DNA of 64,000 nucleotides from Rhodanobacteraceae bacterium (GTDB lineage Bacteria; Pseudomonadota; Gammaproteobacteria; Xanthomonadales; SZUA-5): NCBI GenBank assembly GCA_031409855.1, contig JANNYA010000226.1, positions 5,192 to 69,191 of the forward strand, read 5' to 3'. Shown piece by piece: positions 62,772 to 64,000 of this stretch (position 1 is its first letter; each line of letters starts with the position of its first letter). The notes under the pieces were generated by a model. It saw only the letters and a program-made list of their open reading frames with translations, ran no database searches and was not told where the DNA came from. The position numbers and the translations under genes were made by a program.

Positions 62772-64000
62772 ATGCTGCTCCTGAAAAAAAACATAGTGCT
62801 GGCAATTGCGCTACTTAGCTGCGCAACGGCGGCGTTCAGCGAAACGGCAAAAGCTGAATCAAAACAGGGCTTTACCGTAAAAGACTTGGTCACGCTCGCG
62901 CGCGTGAGTGACCCGCGCATCGCGCCAGATGGTGCTTCGATGCTGTATGCACTGCGCGAGACCGATATGGCGGCGAATAAGGGCATCAACGGCCTTTGGC
63001 TGGCAAATATTGATGGCAGCAACGCCAGACGCTTGAGCGCCAAGGGGCAATCGGTCAGTAATGCGCGCTTTGCCCCTGACGGTAAATCGGTTTATTTCTT
63101 AAGCAGCCGCAGCGGCACCAGCCAAATTTGGCGTCTGTCATTAGCAGGCGGAGAAGCAGAGCAGATCAGTGACATCGCTGTGGACGTCGGCGGTTTCGTC
63201 ATCGCGCCGCATGGCAAAACCGTCGCGTTTTCCAGTGAAGTATTTGTTGACTGTGCCACGGATTTTGTCTGTACAAAGACTCGGCTCGAAGCAAAAACGA
63301 CCAAGAAAACCACCGGCACGGTGCATGACAAACTTTTCGTCCGGCATTGGGATACTTGGGCAAATGGCACACGTGCGCAGCTGTTTACCGCGAATTTGAC
63401 CGGCGCGCTCATCACCGAGGCGCACTTGGTCAGTCGCGGCGCGGGCGGTGTGCCTATCGACGCGGATGTGCCCAGCAAACCCCACGGCGATGATTCCGAA
63501 TACAGTTTTAGCCGTGACAGCAGCACGCTTTATTTTGCTGCGCGTATCGCCGGAAAATCGGAGGCGTGGAGTACGAATTTTGACCTGTATGAAAGTCAAG
63601 TCACAGGTACGGACGCTGCTAAGAACTTAACGCCAGACAATCTGGCGTGGGATGCGTTCCCTACCGCCAGCATGGATGGCAAAAAACTCTACTACCGTGC
63701 GATGACGCGCGCCAATTTCGAAGCTGATCGGTTTCGCATTATGGAGCGCACGCTAGAAAGCGGCAAAACGCGAGAAGTCGCACCGAATTGGGATCGGTCC
63801 CCAGACGGACTGACGCTTTCGCAGGATGGCAAAACGCTGTACACATCGACGGATGACCTAGGTCAGCACCCACTGTTTTCGATCAATGTCGCCTCTGGCG
63901 CGGTGAAGCAACTATCGGGCGCAGGCTTTGTTAGCGGCTTTGCGGTCGGCAAAAACCGTATTGTTTTTGCTCGGGATGATCTCGGCGCACCGGCTGATCT
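62772..64000 (+). CDS. S9 family serine peptidase (acylaminoacyl-peptidase/DPP type), N-terminal propeller part. The 3' end runs off the window.
   Basis: Not in the track because the frame is open to the window end. Hand translation from ATG 62772 gives MLLLKKNIVLAIALLSCATAAFSETAKAESKQGFTVKDLVTLARVSDPRIAPDGASMLYALRETDMAANKGINGLWLANIDGSNARRLS...RFAPDGKSVYFLSSRSGTSQIWRLSLAGGEAEQIS. This is typical of the N-terminal beta-propeller of secreted S9 peptidases. Confidence 0.8.
   Translation, partial: MLLLKKNIVLAIALLSCATAAFSETAKAESKQGFTVKDLVTLARVSDPRIAPDGASMLYALRETDMAANKGINGLWLANIDGSNARRLSAKGQSVSNARFAPDGKSVYFLSSRSGTSQIWRLSLAGGEAEQISDIAVDVGGFVIAPHGKTVAFSSEVFVDCATDFVCTKTRLEAKTTKKTTGTVHDKLFVRHWDTWANGTRAQLFTANLTGALITEAHLVSRGAGGVPIDADVPSKPHGDDSEYSFSRDSSTLYFAARIAGKSEAWSTNFDLYESQVTGTDAAKNLTPDNLAWDAFPTASMDGKKLYYRAMTRANFEADRFRIMERTLESGKTREVAPNWDRSPDGLTLSQDGKTLYTSTDDLGQHPLFSINVASGAVKQLSGAGFVSGFAVGKNRIVFARDDLGAPAD

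Noticed and set aside
1-64000. A scan for tRNA, rRNA, tmRNA or RNase P-like sequences and for IS inverted repeats
   Set aside because: The intergenic spaces are short, and none showed cloverleaf-compatible stems or the conserved T-loop GTTCRANNC in a suitable context. I cannot exclude small ncRNAs without covariance-model searches.

Overview
This is a 64-kb window of a proteobacterial chromosome. Hand-counted housekeeping lines give roughly 53-68% GC. The backbone genes include hemE, proC-yggT, rsmI<>lpoA-yraN, epmA and rlmKL. I call 38 protein-coding genes and one pseudogene. Two of the CDSs run off the window edges and are therefore absent from the supplied ORF track: an AlbA_2/Schlafen-type regulator at 1-1286(-) and an S9 peptidase at 62772->64000(+). 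I recognised no rRNA, tRNA, CRISPR array, transposase or integrase.

Three accessory blocks stand out.

(i) 7.48-10.74 kb is a low-GC three-gene insertion: an SPPY DNA methyltransferase, a DUF262 (ParB/GmrS-like) protein and an Rx4H HEPN protein. It is wedged between housekeeping genes with almost no spacer. It looks like an R-M-like or abortive-infection defence module that I cannot match to a named system.

(ii) 13.2-25.3 kb is a co-directional envelope cluster with five genes: a secreted HEAT-like protein, a DUF11-repeat autotransporter, a signal-peptide Sel1-coiled-coil-caspase (C14), a Hanks kinase-TM-FGE-sulfatase fusion, and a tandem-FHA membrane-anchored protein. The FHA gene is translationally coupled to acuI.

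(iii) 41.6-59.3 kb is a minus-strand operon with four genes. The first is a small lipoprotein. The second is a 3244-aa secreted giant with an N-terminal HExxHxxGxxH metalloprotease, five Cys-pair Ig-like modules, 14 PD40-like blades, FN3, a YVTN propeller, lectin-like modules and a C-terminal C25/gingipain-type cysteine protease. The third is an HTH-Ser/Thr kinase-STAND NTPase-TM-TPR protein. The fourth is a BNR/Asp-box repeat protein.

Blocks (ii) and (iii) repeat one theme: an extracytoplasmic caspase-fold protease next to a transmembrane Hanks kinase with a large periplasmic sensor domain.

All domain calls were made by eye from motifs. None was verified with HMMs or database searches.
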